This document shows positions 28,801 to 38,216 of a stretch of DNA of 64,000 bases, in pieces. Made by a program: the position numbers and the translations under genes. A model generated the notes under the pieces. That model saw only the letters and a program-made list of their open reading frames with translations, ran no database searches and was not told where the DNA came from. Position 1 is the first letter of the stretch. Every line of letters starts with the position of its first letter. Source of the DNA: Pseudomonadota bacterium (GTDB taxonomy: Bacteria; Pseudomonadota; Gammaproteobacteria; Steroidobacterales; JBCBZW01); NCBI GenBank assembly GCA_039193195.1, contig JBCCWS010000021.1:3247-67246 (forward strand), written 5' to 3'.

Positions 28801-29799
28801 ATGAGCGAACAGGCACTCCCCACCTTCGCGGACATCGAGGCCGCCGCCGCGCGACTACGCGGGGTGGCGCAACGCACGCCGACGCTTCGCAACGACCACC
28901 TGGATCGCGCGGTGGGCCGCCGCACGGCGATCAAGCCCGAACTGCTGCAAGTGGCGGGCAGCTTCAAGTTCCGCGGCGCCTACAATCGCATCAGTCAGCT
29001 GTCGGCGGCGGAGAAGGCGAGCGGCGTCATCGCGTGGTCGTCGGGCAATCACGCGCAGGGCGTGGCGGCCGCAGCCGCGTTGTGCGGGGTTCGCGCGCGG
29101 ATTGTCATGCCGGCAGACGCACCAGCCATCAAGCTCGACAACACCCGCGCCTTGGGTGCTGAGCTTGTCACCTACGATCGGCGTACCGAGTCCCGCGAGG
29201 ACATCGCCCACGCCCTGGCAGCGCGCGACGGCGGCGTTATCGTGCCCTCCTTCGACGATCCCCACATCATCGCGGGCCAAGGCACGGTGGGTCTTGAGTT
29301 GTTCCAAGACCTGACCTCACAAGGCGAACAGGTAGATGCGCTGCTCGTGTGCTGCGGAGGCGGCGGACTCATCGCAGGCTGCGCCCTAGCGGCGCAGGCA
29401 CTCAGCCCACACACACACTTATTCGCCGTGGAGCCGGCGCACTACGACGATCACGCGCGCTCCCTGCAGTCCGGCCAGCGAGAGGAGGCCAATACGCGAC
29501 AGGCCTCTATCTGCGACGCCCTGCTCGCTCCACGTCCAGGCGCCTTGACCTTCGCCGTCAACCAGCCGCGGTTGCGAGGCGGGCTGGTGGTGACCGAAGA
29601 CGAAGTGCGCAACGCCATGCGCTATGCCTTTACGCGACTGAAGCTCGTGGTGGAGCCCGGCGGCGCTGTCGCCCTGGCCGCACTGCTCAGTGACAAGTTG
29701 GATGCTGCCTACGAGCGCGTCGCCATCGTGCTGAGCGGCGGCAACGTAGACCCCCGGCTCTTCGCGGCGATCCTCCAGGGCCGCGACGAAACGCGCTAG
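28801..29799 (+). CDS. Fold-type II PLP dehydratase (threonine/serine dehydratase, serine racemase or threo-3-hydroxyaspartate ammonia-lyase-like)
   Basis: KPELLQVAGSFKFRGAYN (PLP lysine), SSGNHAQG, and the GGGGL glycine loop. Confidence 0.85.
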   Translation: MSEQALPTFADIEAAAARLRGVAQRTPTLRNDHLDRAVGRRTAIKPELLQVAGSFKFRGAYNRISQLSAAEKASGVIAWSSGNHAQGVAAAAALCGVRARIVMPADAPAIKLDNTRALGAELVTYDRRTESREDIAHALAARDGGVIVPSFDDPHIIAGQGTVGLELFQDLTSQGEQVDALLVCCGGGGLIAGCALAAQALSPHTHLFAVEPAHYDDHARSLQSGQREEANTRQASICDALLAPRPGALTFAVNQPRLRGGLVVTEDEVRNAMRYAFTRLKLVVEPGGAVALAALLSDKLDAAYERVAIVLSGGNVDPRLFAAILQGRDETR

Positions 29800-30009
29800 T
29801 TTCTCGCCCTAAGCGCTGGAATGGCGCGACCGATCTGTCCAAACGCCGCCTCACGCTCGTGGGGCAGCGGGATCGCTTGAGATCATGGGAGCACGACGCG
29901 GTGGCGAACGCCGCCATCGTGCACAAACACACTCCCTCAGCGTCACCCCTCAGCCACCCGCAAGGCACGATCCGCCGCCTACGTGAGCATCAAGGAGCAA
30001 TCGCAAGAC

Positions 30010-31050
30010 ATGGACCGACTACGAGTGTTCGGTAGCCTGCTCACCCTAACCGTCGCAACGGCAACGGCCGCCCACCCATCGAGCGAAGGCGCGCACGGCG
30101 GCCACGCGAGGGTAGAGATCGACGATCCCCATCACCATCTAGACGCCAAGCCCTGGACATCCCTCGACGTGCTCGATGGCCCGGAGAGGTTCCAGTTCCT
30201 GGTCGTGACCGATCGCACCGGCGGCGCCCGGGCAGGCGTGTTCGCGCAGGCAGCGCAGAAGATCGATCTCCTGCAGCCGGCCTTCGTGATGTCCGTAGGC
30301 GATTTCATCGAAGGCTATACGGACGACGAAGCTGTTCTGCATGAGCAGTGGAACGCGTTCGATGCGATCGTCGACCGTATCGATGCGCCCTTCTTCTACA
30401 CCCCCGGCAACCACGACTGGCAAAACAGAGCGATGGCGCAGGTGTGGACCGAGCGCCTAGGCAAGAGCTTCTATCACTTCCGCTACAAGGACACGCTCTT
30501 CATCGTCCTGAACTCGGAGCTCTTCGACCGTCGGCACGCCCCCTGGTGGCGACGCGAGTGGACGCAGCTGTTCGCCGCCGAACAGGCCGAGCAGCTCACC
30601 TACCTGGAGCGGGTGCTGGGCACTCACCAGGACGTGCGCTGGACCTTCGTGTTCGTCCACAAACCCTATTGGCGCCAAAGATGGGCGCATCCGCCTAAGG
30701 GTGAGAGCAGCCCAGCGGAGGGTCCGTGGCCAAAGCACAACTACAGACCTCCCGAGTGGATCGAGGTAGAAGCGATGCTCGACGATCGCAACTACACAAT
30801 CTTCGCAGGCCACCTGCACACCTACGAGTTCGACGACAGCAGCAGCGACGCCGAGCACACACACGAGAAGATCGCCCTCGCCACCACAGGCGGGGTGAGC
30901 GCCCTACGGGGGGTCGAGTACGGCGAGTTCGATCACATGGTATGGGTGACGATGACGCGCGACGGCCCGGTCATCGCCAACCTACTGCAGCACGGGATTC
31001 TGCCGAAGGTGTTCCCCATGGCGAAGCAGCGCCCGTACTGGGTGGACTGA
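30010..31050 (+). CDS. Secreted metallophosphoesterase
   Basis: Calcineurin-like motifs (VVTDRTGG, SVGDFIEG, TPGNHD, FVHKP, AGHLH). Start at M10 gives a signal peptide; the start is uncertain (29983 GTG is possible). Confidence 0.7.
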   Translation: MDRLRVFGSLLTLTVATATAAHPSSEGAHGGHARVEIDDPHHHLDAKPWTSLDVLDGPERFQFLVVTDRTGGARAGVFAQAAQKIDLLQPAFVMSVGDFIEGYTDDEAVLHEQWNAFDAIVDRIDAPFFYTPGNHDWQNRAMAQVWTERLGKSFYHFRYKDTLFIVLNSELFDRRHAPWWRREWTQLFAAEQAEQLTYLERVLGTHQDVRWTFVFVHKPYWRQRWAHPPKGESSPAEGPWPKHNYRPPEWIEVEAMLDDRNYTIFAGHLHTYEFDDSSSDAEHTHEKIALATTGGVSALRGVEYGEFDHMVWVTMTRDGPVIANLLQHGILPKVFPMAKQRPYWVD

Positions 31051-31096
31051 GCGAGAGGCGTATCGTTTGCACCGACACCGACACCGGTGACCTATT

Positions 31097-31137
31097 GGGC
31101 GACACCGTGCGAAGGCCACGGACGGTGTCTGTCGCCC
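31097..31137. terminator. Imperfect GC-rich hairpin between convergent genes
   Basis: GACACCGT (31101-31108) pairs with ACGGTGTC (31122-31129). Outer GGGC/GCCC pairing is possible with a bulge. No strong U-run. Confidence 0.3.
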
Positions 31138-31201
31138 ATTGCCTCAGGGTTTCAAGCGGCCCGGCAGCTTCTAGTTGGGGCGCTGAGTGAGCTCCTCGCG
31201 A

Positions 31202-31606
31202 TCAGCTCTTCTTGCGCACGTACAAGACCAGGCTGTGGTCCTCGATCTCATAGCCGTACTTGTCAGCGATCTCATGCTGAATTCGTTCGATGTCATCGTT
31301 GACGAACTCGATCACCTCACCGGTCTCGACACACACCATGTGGTCATGGTGCTCACCCTCGTCGAGTTCGAACACGGAATGACCGCCCTCGAAGTTGTGC
31401 CGAGTGACTAGCCCCGCGCCCTCGAACTGGGTAAGCACCCGGTAAACGGTGGCGAGACCGATCTCTTCGCCCGAATCGAGCAATGCTTTGTAGATGTCCT
31501 CAGCGCTGAGATGGCGCTGCTCACTGCTCTCGAGAATCTCGAGAATCTTCAGGCGCGGCAGTGTGACTTTGAGGCCAGCCTTGCGCAGGTCTTTCTGTTG
31601 CAGCAT
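31202..31606 (-). CDS. fur: Ferric uptake regulator
   Basis: 134 aa with very close resemblance to Pseudomonas/enterobacterial Fur (LRKAGLKVTLPRLKILEILE, GLATVYRVLTQFE.AGLV.RHNFEGGH.VFEL, HHDHMVC..TGEVIEF). Confidence 0.9.
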   Translation of the reverse strand: MLQQKDLRKAGLKVTLPRLKILEILESSEQRHLSAEDIYKALLDSGEEIGLATVYRVLTQFEGAGLVTRHNFEGGHSVFELDEGEHHDHMVCVETGEVIEFVNDDIERIQHEIADKYGYEIEDHSLVLYVRKKS

Positions 31607-31927
31607 AGGGAGGGTCCTTGGCGCGGCCTTGGCCGCTGGCGATGGGTCGGAGAGTATGGCTGATCACCCGTCCCGACACCATTGGCCGGCGAGACGATGC
31701 GCCTTGTGCATAGCGCCGCTTGTTCTTGCGCCCAACCGTTCCCCAGGAAGGTAGGCAGCCCGCGGGCGCTTGACGTACCACGTCGCCCAAATCGCCTGGC
31801 ATCGAGGCGATAAAATAGGGTCGCAGGCGCGGGGTGCCAAGCGCGAGCGTCAGCTTTTTTGTGGTTGGCGAGCGCGCTTAGCCCCGCGTCGGCCGTCGTC
31901 CCCCTGAATGCTCATCGATGCACCTTT

Positions 31928-31950
31928 AAATGCGATCAATTATCATTCAT
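31928..31950. promoter_or_regulatory. Weak Fur/Zur-family-like AT-rich box: AAATGCGATCAATTATCATTCAT
   Basis: Lies about 50 nt upstream of the 31999 gene. TTATCATT resembles the TAATCATT core of the Fur consensus, but the overall match is only moderate. Confidence 0.25.
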
Positions 31951-31998
31951 GCTCTGATTCGATTCGCGTAACCTCGCCGTCGAAAAGGAAGCCACATC

Positions 31999-32592
31999 AT
32001 GCTGAAGCGCCTCATTTTGCTCATGGTGATCGCCGTCGTCCCGGCTGCCGTCGCTAGCGGGGCCACGCTGCTGAGCGTTGATCTCGCCGTACAAGATCAG
32101 ATGACGATCACGGCCACGGACGGCCTGTCCGCGGCGACTATCACCGATTCTGACCAAGTTGGGATCTATCTTGCTGGTATCTTCGGGAACTCGTTCATAG
32201 GCCCGGGTGTTTTCGGGATCTCCGTGAGCGGCGACCTGGTCAGCGCTCAAGACAACCCCAGCGGGTTTCCGCTGTTGTTCGCCGATACCGCGGGCGGTGC
32301 GGGACTGAACGTCTGGAATTACGCCGACGGCGCCGACAGCAGCTTCGTCACCGGCGAACTCGCCTTCGCCGGGTCGGCCACTTGGAGCCTCGATCCGGCC
32401 AACGGCGCGTACCAGGCGCTGCTTGATGGTGCCCGCTCTGGTGACATCTACTTCGCTGCCTTTTCAGACGCCGGACTAGGGGATGCCGTGGTCATTGGGC
32501 AGTGGGCAGTCGCGGCGGTGCCCGTGCCTGGGGCACTCTGGTTGCTCGCTTCTGCGCTCGCAGGCATTGGCGTTCTGCGCCGAAAGCGATAG
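31999..32592 (+). CDS. VPLPA-CTERM sorting-domain protein
   Basis: Signal peptide plus C-terminal VPVPGALWLLASALAGIGVLRRKR. Confidence 0.7.
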   Translation: MLKRLILLMVIAVVPAAVASGATLLSVDLAVQDQMTITATDGLSAATITDSDQVGIYLAGIFGNSFIGPGVFGISVSGDLVSAQDNPSGFPLLFADTAGGAGLNVWNYADGADSSFVTGELAFAGSATWSLDPANGAYQALLDGARSGDIYFAAFSDAGLGDAVVIGQWAVAAVPVPGALWLLASALAGIGVLRRKR

Positions 32593-32689
32593 CCTACGCG
32601 GCCCGGTTCAAAATTGAGTGCGCATGGGCCCCCTGGACGACCGCCGTCGGGGGCGCCATTCGCGCTGTCGATTTCCTAGGAGAGAGCTG

Positions 32690-32944
32690 ATGAAACCCGA
32701 GATTCACCCCGAGTATCGAGAGGTGGTGTTCCACGATACGAGCGCGGACGAGTACTTCGTCGTCGGCTCGACGCTGAAGACCAAGCAGACGATCGAGTAC
32801 GAGGGCAAGACCTACCCCTACATGACCATCGACGTGTCGAGCGCATCGCATCCGTACTACACGGGCAAACACCGCGTTGCCGAGAAAGACGGGCGCATCG
32901 CCAAGTTCAACAAGCGCTACAAGCGAAAAGCCTCGGAGACGTAG
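32690..32944 (+). CDS. rpmE2: 50S ribosomal protein L31 type B (Zn-independent paralogue)
   Basis: [26 protein letters not shown]......[24 protein letters not shown]. There is no Cys, so the CxxC Zn motif is absent. GGAGAG RBS. Confidence 0.9.
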   Translation: MKPEIHPEYREVVFHDTSADEYFVVGSTLKTKQTIEYEGKTYPYMTIDVSSASHPYYTGKHRVAEKDGRIAKFNKRYKRKASET

Positions 32945-32948
32945 CCGC

Positions 32949-34505
32949 TCACCCCAGCGGGTGACGGTCACGTACGCCCGCGCTGCGCGGTGCCAAGTCG
33001 CGCACCTCCTCAAACACCTGCGCCAGCGCGAGCAGGCTGAAGTCCGTAAACGGCAATCCGGCAAACGATATATTGCCGCGGGGTACACCATCGGGACCTG
33101 ACGCGACGGGCACCGACACCTCCGGCAAGCCAAGCCAGTTCACAAAAGACAGGGGCGTGCGGCCGCTCGGCCATGACTCGCCGCCGCGCAGCGCCTCATG
33201 ATTGAGGGTCGGCCACACCATGGCATCCAGCTTGCGCTCCGCGCAGAAGCGCTCGAGCTCTGCCACCAGGGCGTCGCGCCGCTCGGCGTACGCCAGGCCC
33301 TGCGCGGACTCCTCGTACGGCGTTTGCGCCATGGCCAATACGGCCTCGGGCTCGGCGGGCAGGTCGCTGTAGAACTCCCGATAGGCGGGCAACGCCAAGG
33401 GCAACAGCTGCGCTGCGCCCTGCGGCCGTCTATCCAGATAGCGAACCAGCGCATTCGCACTCGCTCGCGTACCGAAGGGGCTTGCGCCAGCCGCCTGCAG
33501 ACGGGCCGACAGGTTGTCGATAGTGGTGGGTGGGTCGATCGGCATGATGGTGGCGCCAGCCGCCTGCAGGCGCTCGAGGGCGTCTTGAAAGGCCGCCGCT
33601 TGGGTAGCGGGTAGTGCATCGAGGCCCGCATGGGCCTTGACGAGCCCAAGGCGCACATCCGCCAGCCCCTCCCATGAAGAAGGATAGGCGACAGTACCGG
33701 TGGCGCGCAGCGAAAACGCGTCGGAGCTATCCGGGCCCGCCATCACCGAGAGGACGCGCGCGGCGACACGCGCGTTGGTAGCCATCGGGCCGTGGCAGTC
33801 GATCCACGGCCAGGTCGGGACCACCCCTGAGCGGGGCACGAGGCCGAAGGTCGTCTTGACGCCAACGACGCCACAGTAGTGTGCGGGGATGCGGTTCGAA
33901 CCCCCATCGTCCGTGCCGAAGGCCGCGTCACAATAGCCAGCGGCGACCGCCGCCGCTCCCCCGCCACTGGACCCACCAGCGATACGCTCGCGGTCGGGAT
34001 AACGCGGGTTCCACACCTGCCCCGTAGCGCTTGCCAAGCCTGCGCCGCCATAGGCGAAGTCATCGGCAGCGCCCTTGCCCAAAAGGGCCGCCCCTGCCGC
34101 GCGCACACGCGCGACCGCCAGCGCGTCTTCGCTCGCCGGTGCGGTAAACAGCCGTGCCCAGGTGCTGTTGGATCCGTCCGTCGCCACGCCCGCCACGTCG
34201 AAGGTGGATTTGGCAAGAACCGTGAGCCCGGTGAGCGCTCCCGCGGCCGATCCAGCGCTCGCTGCCTGGTCTATGCGCCCGGCGTCCTCCAGGACTTGGG
34301 GATTCAGCCAGGCGATCGCCTGCAGAGCCTGATCGCGGGCCATGATGCGACCCAAGGATTGCCTGACCGAGTCAACTGCAGTACTAGGCTGGGAGTCATC
34401 GCCGGAGGCCGCATACCACGGCTGCGGCTCGGCCGACGGCGGCACCATGCTCGCCACGTACAGGCCACCCGCAGCCTTCAGCACCTCCCTGCGTCGTATG
34501 GTCAT
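32949..34505 (-). CDS. Amidase-signature family amidase with twin-arginine signal
   Basis: MTIRRREVLKAAGG (Tat-like) and the AS signature GGSSGGGAAAVAAG...GTDDGGSNRIPA. Confidence 0.85.
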   Translation of the reverse strand: MTIRRREVLKAAGGLYVASMVPPSAEPQPWYAASGDDSQPSTAVDSVRQSLGRIMARDQALQAIAWLNPQVLEDAGRIDQAASAGSAAGALTGLTVLAKSTFDVAGVATDGSNSTWARLFTAPASEDALAVARVRAAGAALLGKGAADDFAYGGAGLASATGQVWNPRYPDRERIAGGSSGGGAAAVAAGYCDAAFGTDDGGSNRIPAHYCGVVGVKTTFGLVPRSGVVPTWPWIDCHGPMATNARVAARVLSVMAGPDSSDAFSLRATGTVAYPSSWEGLADVRLGLVKAHAGLDALPATQAAAFQDALERLQAAGATIMPIDPPTTIDNLSARLQAAGASPFGTRASANALVRYLDRRPQGAAQLLPLALPAYREFYSDLPAEPEAVLAMAQTPYEESAQGLAYAERRDALVAELERFCAERKLDAMVWPTLNHEALRGGESWPSGRTPLSFVNWLGLPEVSVPVASGPDGVPRGNISFAGLPFTDFSLLALAQVFEEVRDLAPRSAGVRDRHPLG

Positions 34506-35746
34506 AGCATCCTCCGACGAAGGTCAGGGCCGTAGAAGGCCTGCCAGTACGCAGTGTCCACGTCTGCGTTCGGGTGAAGCTCCGGTCGCTCCCAGCTGAA
34601 GATCGTCACGACATCGCCCGCCGTGACGTCGGTCTTCCGATCACCGAGATCGATCATCATATGGTTGTAGTTTCTGCCCTCGGTGGCATCGTAGAGTCGT
34701 CCCCGGATCTCGACGCGCTTTGCACGATCACGCGCGGGATAGTAGCGAAGCCCGTCATGGACCCCAATGCCGATGGTGGCGAAGTAGCGAGGCGCTGTCA
34801 GCTCGATGGGTAAGCCGGCGATGGACCCATGGTCTGGCGCGAGTTTCTCCACGCGCAATACGCGGGTCATCAGGCGGTGCGCGACCCGAAGATCGATCCG
34901 ACTCGCCTGCCATCGACTCGCACTCGGGTACACCCCGTAGACGATCAACCCCGGTCGCGTAGCGTTACATCCCTCCAGCGCCTGCGGCCGCCCTAAGATC
35001 GGACCGGAATGAGGTGCGTGGGTGATCGAGGGTTGCAGGCCAGCCGCGGCGATCTGCCTAAGCGATGCATTAAAGCGTTCGATCTGCAGGGCGATCACGG
35101 CGTCCTCGTCCACGTAGTAGGTCGATACGCCCTCGAGCAGCAGATAGTCGGCCTCGGCGAGCGCACTGGCCCAACGCGACGCCTCACTGTAGAGCGCGCC
35201 CATTCGTCCATAGCCCGTATCGATCTCCAGGTGAATCGGGATGGGGCGCTTGAGGGCCATAGCCAGCGGGGCCAACATCGCAACTTCATCGAGCGAGGTG
35301 AGCGATAGCCTGACGCCGCGGGATGCCAGCGCCGCCGCCGTCGGTGGATCTACCCTAGCCCCCATCAGCAGTACCGGTTTGCGGACGCCAGCGTCGACCA
35401 AGCGCAGCGCTTGCGCCGGTCGTACGACCATGGTGCCCCACACCGCCGGCGCCTCGTCCAGCACCTTGGCGACCGCTACGTCACCGAGGCCATAGCCGTT
35501 GGTCTTGACCACGGCGACGATCTGGCGACCACCGGTGGCCTCGCTGATCACCGAAGCGTTGTGCTTGAGCGCCTCTGCACGCGCCTCGATCCACGGTATG
35601 TAGTGACCGGTGTTCGTCTCGGCTGTCGATGCCGCTTCCTGAGGGCCTGAGCGTGCCCGCGAACCGACCAGAAGGGTCGCCGCGAGAGCCGACTGCCCAA
35701 AGGCTCGGCGCGTTACCGTTCCGGTCGTGCTGTCTTTCCCACTCAT
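34502..35746 (-). CDS. Alanine racemase-family PLP enzyme with twin-arginine signal (predicted periplasmic)
   Basis: VTRRAFGQSALAATLL (Tat-like) and the PLP-lysine motif VAVVKTNGYGLG. ATGA overlap with the amidase gene. Confidence 0.8.
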   Translation of the reverse strand: MSGKDSTTGTVTRRAFGQSALAATLLVGSRARSGPQEAASTAETNTGHYIPWIEARAEALKHNASVISEATGGRQIVAVVKTNGYGLGDVAVAKVLDEAPAVWGTMVVRPAQALRLVDAGVRKPVLLMGARVDPPTAAALASRGVRLSLTSLDEVAMLAPLAMALKRPIPIHLEIDTGYGRMGALYSEASRWASALAEADYLLLEGVSTYYVDEDAVIALQIERFNASLRQIAAAGLQPSITHAPHSGPILGRPQALEGCNATRPGLIVYGVYPSASRWQASRIDLRVAHRLMTRVLRVEKLAPDHGSIAGLPIELTAPRYFATIGIGVHDGLRYYPARDRAKRVEIRGRLYDATEGRNYNHMMIDLGDRKTDVTAGDVVTIFSWERPELHPNADVDTAYWQAFYGPDLRRRML

Positions 35747-35787
35747 CGCCCCCTCCCTGGAATCATGGCGCCGCGATCACGGTGCTA

Positions 35788-37833
35788 CTAGTGCTGGCCT
35801 TCAACGCTCAAGGTCACAAACACCCCACGGTCCCGATCGACTAGCTCGGATCCAGCGAAGTCACCTGAGCGATCGGGTTCGAAGAATGTACGGTCGCTTC
35901 GGAAGTTCCTCTCCCCGAGATTTCGCACCGCTAGGCGGAGCTTGAGGCCGAAGTAGCGGGTGGTTTCAGCGAACAATTCGAGTTGGCCTTCCCGGCGGGA
36001 GTCTAGGGCCTCGTTCGCGAAGAAGAACTCGTTGTTCTCGACGGCGGTGTAGTTGATACCCCAGGAGGACTTCGCACCGACCAAGTCTTGCCTGAAGTTA
36101 ATCGAGACCAACGGCGTCGGCACATCGTCCAAGGTTCGCCGCACGCCCGTGAGGGGATCGTCAAAGGTCGAGTCTTGCACCGTCGCGCGAACCTCAAGCA
36201 GGCCTCCCGAAATCACGCGCTGAAGACGCAGGGCCCCAGAGGTCACCACCCCGAAAACTCGGCCCTCGCCCGCGTTCGCTAAACCGAAGGCGCCGGACGG
36301 CAGCACGAGTTGCTCCAGCACGTCGCTGCGCCACTCGTGGAATAGCTCTACGTTCAGCGCGCCAAGGGCTTCGCTACGCCAATCGGCGGCCAGCACGGCA
36401 CGCCACGTTTGATCCGGCCCGAGATCCGGATTGCCCCCGAATTGACGATCTTGCTCGCCCTCGGCCGATGCAGCGAAATCGCCGAAATTGAGTTGACCGA
36501 CATTACGACGCACGCCCGCGCGCAGCTGCAGCGCGGGGATGGGACGGTGCAGGACGTTAGCGAATGGCTTCGCGAAGACGAAGGTCTGAGCACTCTGCGC
36601 ACTGCCCGAAACAGAGATCCGGGAGGCCTCGACGGCCATCCCCGTCTCCACCGTCCAACGCGGACGTGGCACCCAGATCATGTTGGCGAAGGCCTCCGTT
36701 CGCCACTCTTCGACGAGCACATCTGCCGCTGGCAACTCGATCGGCGTCTCCACCCCATTCGCATCTCGCGAAAACAGGGTGAACTCGCTATCGAGCCGAT
36801 TGTAGGCCGCCTCTACGCCAAACTCAGGTTTGGCATTGCGGTCTCCGCCGCGCGCAAAGGTCGCTCGAAGAATCGACTCGACCGGCACCTGATCATTGGT
36901 GAAGCGCGAACCACCGCTAATGGTGCCGACGGGACGTTCATCGCGTATCACGGTCTCCTCATCCAGCGGCCGGGAGGCGGCGAGCAGAATGCCTTTGAAG
37001 GTCCAGTCGTTCGTATAGTTTCGAGTCCAATCGATACTCGCTTCGCCGGTAATTTCGATGCTGTCGAAATCGACATAGACACGACCGTCCGGTGCACCAT
37101 CCGGCTCGCGGCCGTCGAACTGGAAGCGATCGGTGACGGGCAGAAAGGCCGAGTAGCCAAAGCGTCCGTTGAGCGTCAGGGTGCCGCCCGCTAGCGTGCG
37201 AATCGCCTCCGTCGAGGCAAACCCTTGCGTCAAGACGCTGGGACGGTCCTCCGTCTGTGCTGCCACCAAAGCCCCGTCAGCGTCGAATACGTCGCGCCGT
37301 CCCACCAGGTCGAACTGCTCCCAGAAGCCATTTAGCCTAGTCGACGTCGCCCACGTGCCCGTGCGCGCGGTGAGCGAGCCCTGCAGGCTCGGGTAGATCA
37401 CGCCCTCGCCGTTGCGCTGGAGCGCCGCTCGCCAAGTCATGGAGCGCCCTTGCGTGCTGCGAATGATGTTCGCCACCACGGCCTGCCCCGTGGCTTCGCT
37501 CGTGCCCGCCGCGCCGCGAATGACCTCGACGCGTGCAACGTCATTCGCTGGAATACGGGTCAACGCATCCTCGATGCCGCCGGTCTTGGTGGTGGGACGG
37601 GCGCCGTCCACGAGCACATTTCCAGCCGCCCCACCAAAGCCGCGCAGGCTGTCGCCAGGATCGAAGGTGAAGCCCGGAATTCGGTTGACGATGTCGCGAG
37701 CGGTCTGGGGGTTGAACCGATCGAAGTAGGCGCGGGCGTACTCGCGAGTTTGCTCACTGAGATCGGTTGCGGGATCGGCTGACTCCTGTGCTGCGGCGAC
37801 GAGCTGCACACCCATCGCAACCCACATGGTCAT
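35788..37833 (-). CDS. TonB-dependent receptor
   Basis: Plug domain (ARDIVNRIPGFTFD...GNVLVDGARP...VARVEVIRG) followed by a long beta-barrel. Start is uncertain: M79 is used here, and the ORF is open up to 38067. Confidence 0.8.
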   Translation of the reverse strand: MTMWVAMGVQLVAAAQESADPATDLSEQTREYARAYFDRFNPQTARDIVNRIPGFTFDPGDSLRGFGGAAGNVLVDGARPTTKTGGIEDALTRIPANDVARVEVIRGAAGTSEATGQAVVANIIRSTQGRSMTWRAALQRNGEGVIYPSLQGSLTARTGTWATSTRLNGFWEQFDLVGRRDVFDADGALVAAQTEDRPSVLTQGFASTEAIRTLAGGTLTLNGRFGYSAFLPVTDRFQFDGREPDGAPDGRVYVDFDSIEITGEASIDWTRNYTNDWTFKGILLAASRPLDEETVIRDERPVGTISGGSRFTNDQVPVESILRATFARGGDRNAKPEFGVEAAYNRLDSEFTLFSRDANGVETPIELPAADVLVEEWRTEAFANMIWVPRPRWTVETGMAVEASRISVSGSAQSAQTFVFAKPFANVLHRPIPALQLRAGVRRNVGQLNFGDFAASAEGEQDRQFGGNPDLGPDQTWRAVLAADWRSEALGALNVELFHEWRSDVLEQLVLPSGAFGLANAGEGRVFGVVTSGALRLQRVISGGLLEVRATVQDSTFDDPLTGVRRTLDDVPTPLVSINFRQDLVGAKSSWGINYTAVENNEFFFANEALDSRREGQLELFAETTRYFGLKLRLAVRNLGERNFRSDRTFFEPDRSGDFAGSELVDRDRGVFVTLSVEGQH

Positions 37834-38116
37834 CGCCAAAGCGATCCCAATGCCTACCAGCTTGCGGTCAGCTCCCTGTGCGGCAGGAGCGCACTGCCCG
37901 CGGACCCAGGAGTCATCAGTGGTGAAGCCAAACACGCAATCCCTACCGCTACGGCCGTACGACGCGCTGGCGAGGACTCTGTGGACGCAGGCAGGAGGGC
38001 CGTGCCGGCGTACAGGTGCTGCAACGCTGTCCTTACGACGCCGCTCGACAGGGAAAGCCGTAACCATCGGAGCATGAGGTCGACGGTACTCACCGCTGAT
38101 CCAGGGGAATACGACC

Positions 38117-38126
38117 GTAAGTTACT
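38117..38126. promoter_or_regulatory. Third copy of the operator core (GTAAGTTACT), site C
   Basis: The 10-mer is identical to the reverse complement of site A (AGTAACTTAC). It lies in the intergenic region upstream of the TBDR operon. Confidence 0.3.
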
Positions 38127-38216
38127 CGACTGACTCGGATTCCACTCAAGACCACGCCATCCGCCCCCGCGGCCCAGCACAAGCGCGCCGCGACCTACCA
38201 GGCGCTCGGATGGCTT

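Noticed and set aside
31820-31870. Possible short transcript or terminator (..GCGAGCGTCAGCTTTTTTGTGG) between fur and the VPLPA-CTERM gene
   Set aside because: The T-run is preceded by only a 4-5 bp potential stem, and no convincing promoter was found.
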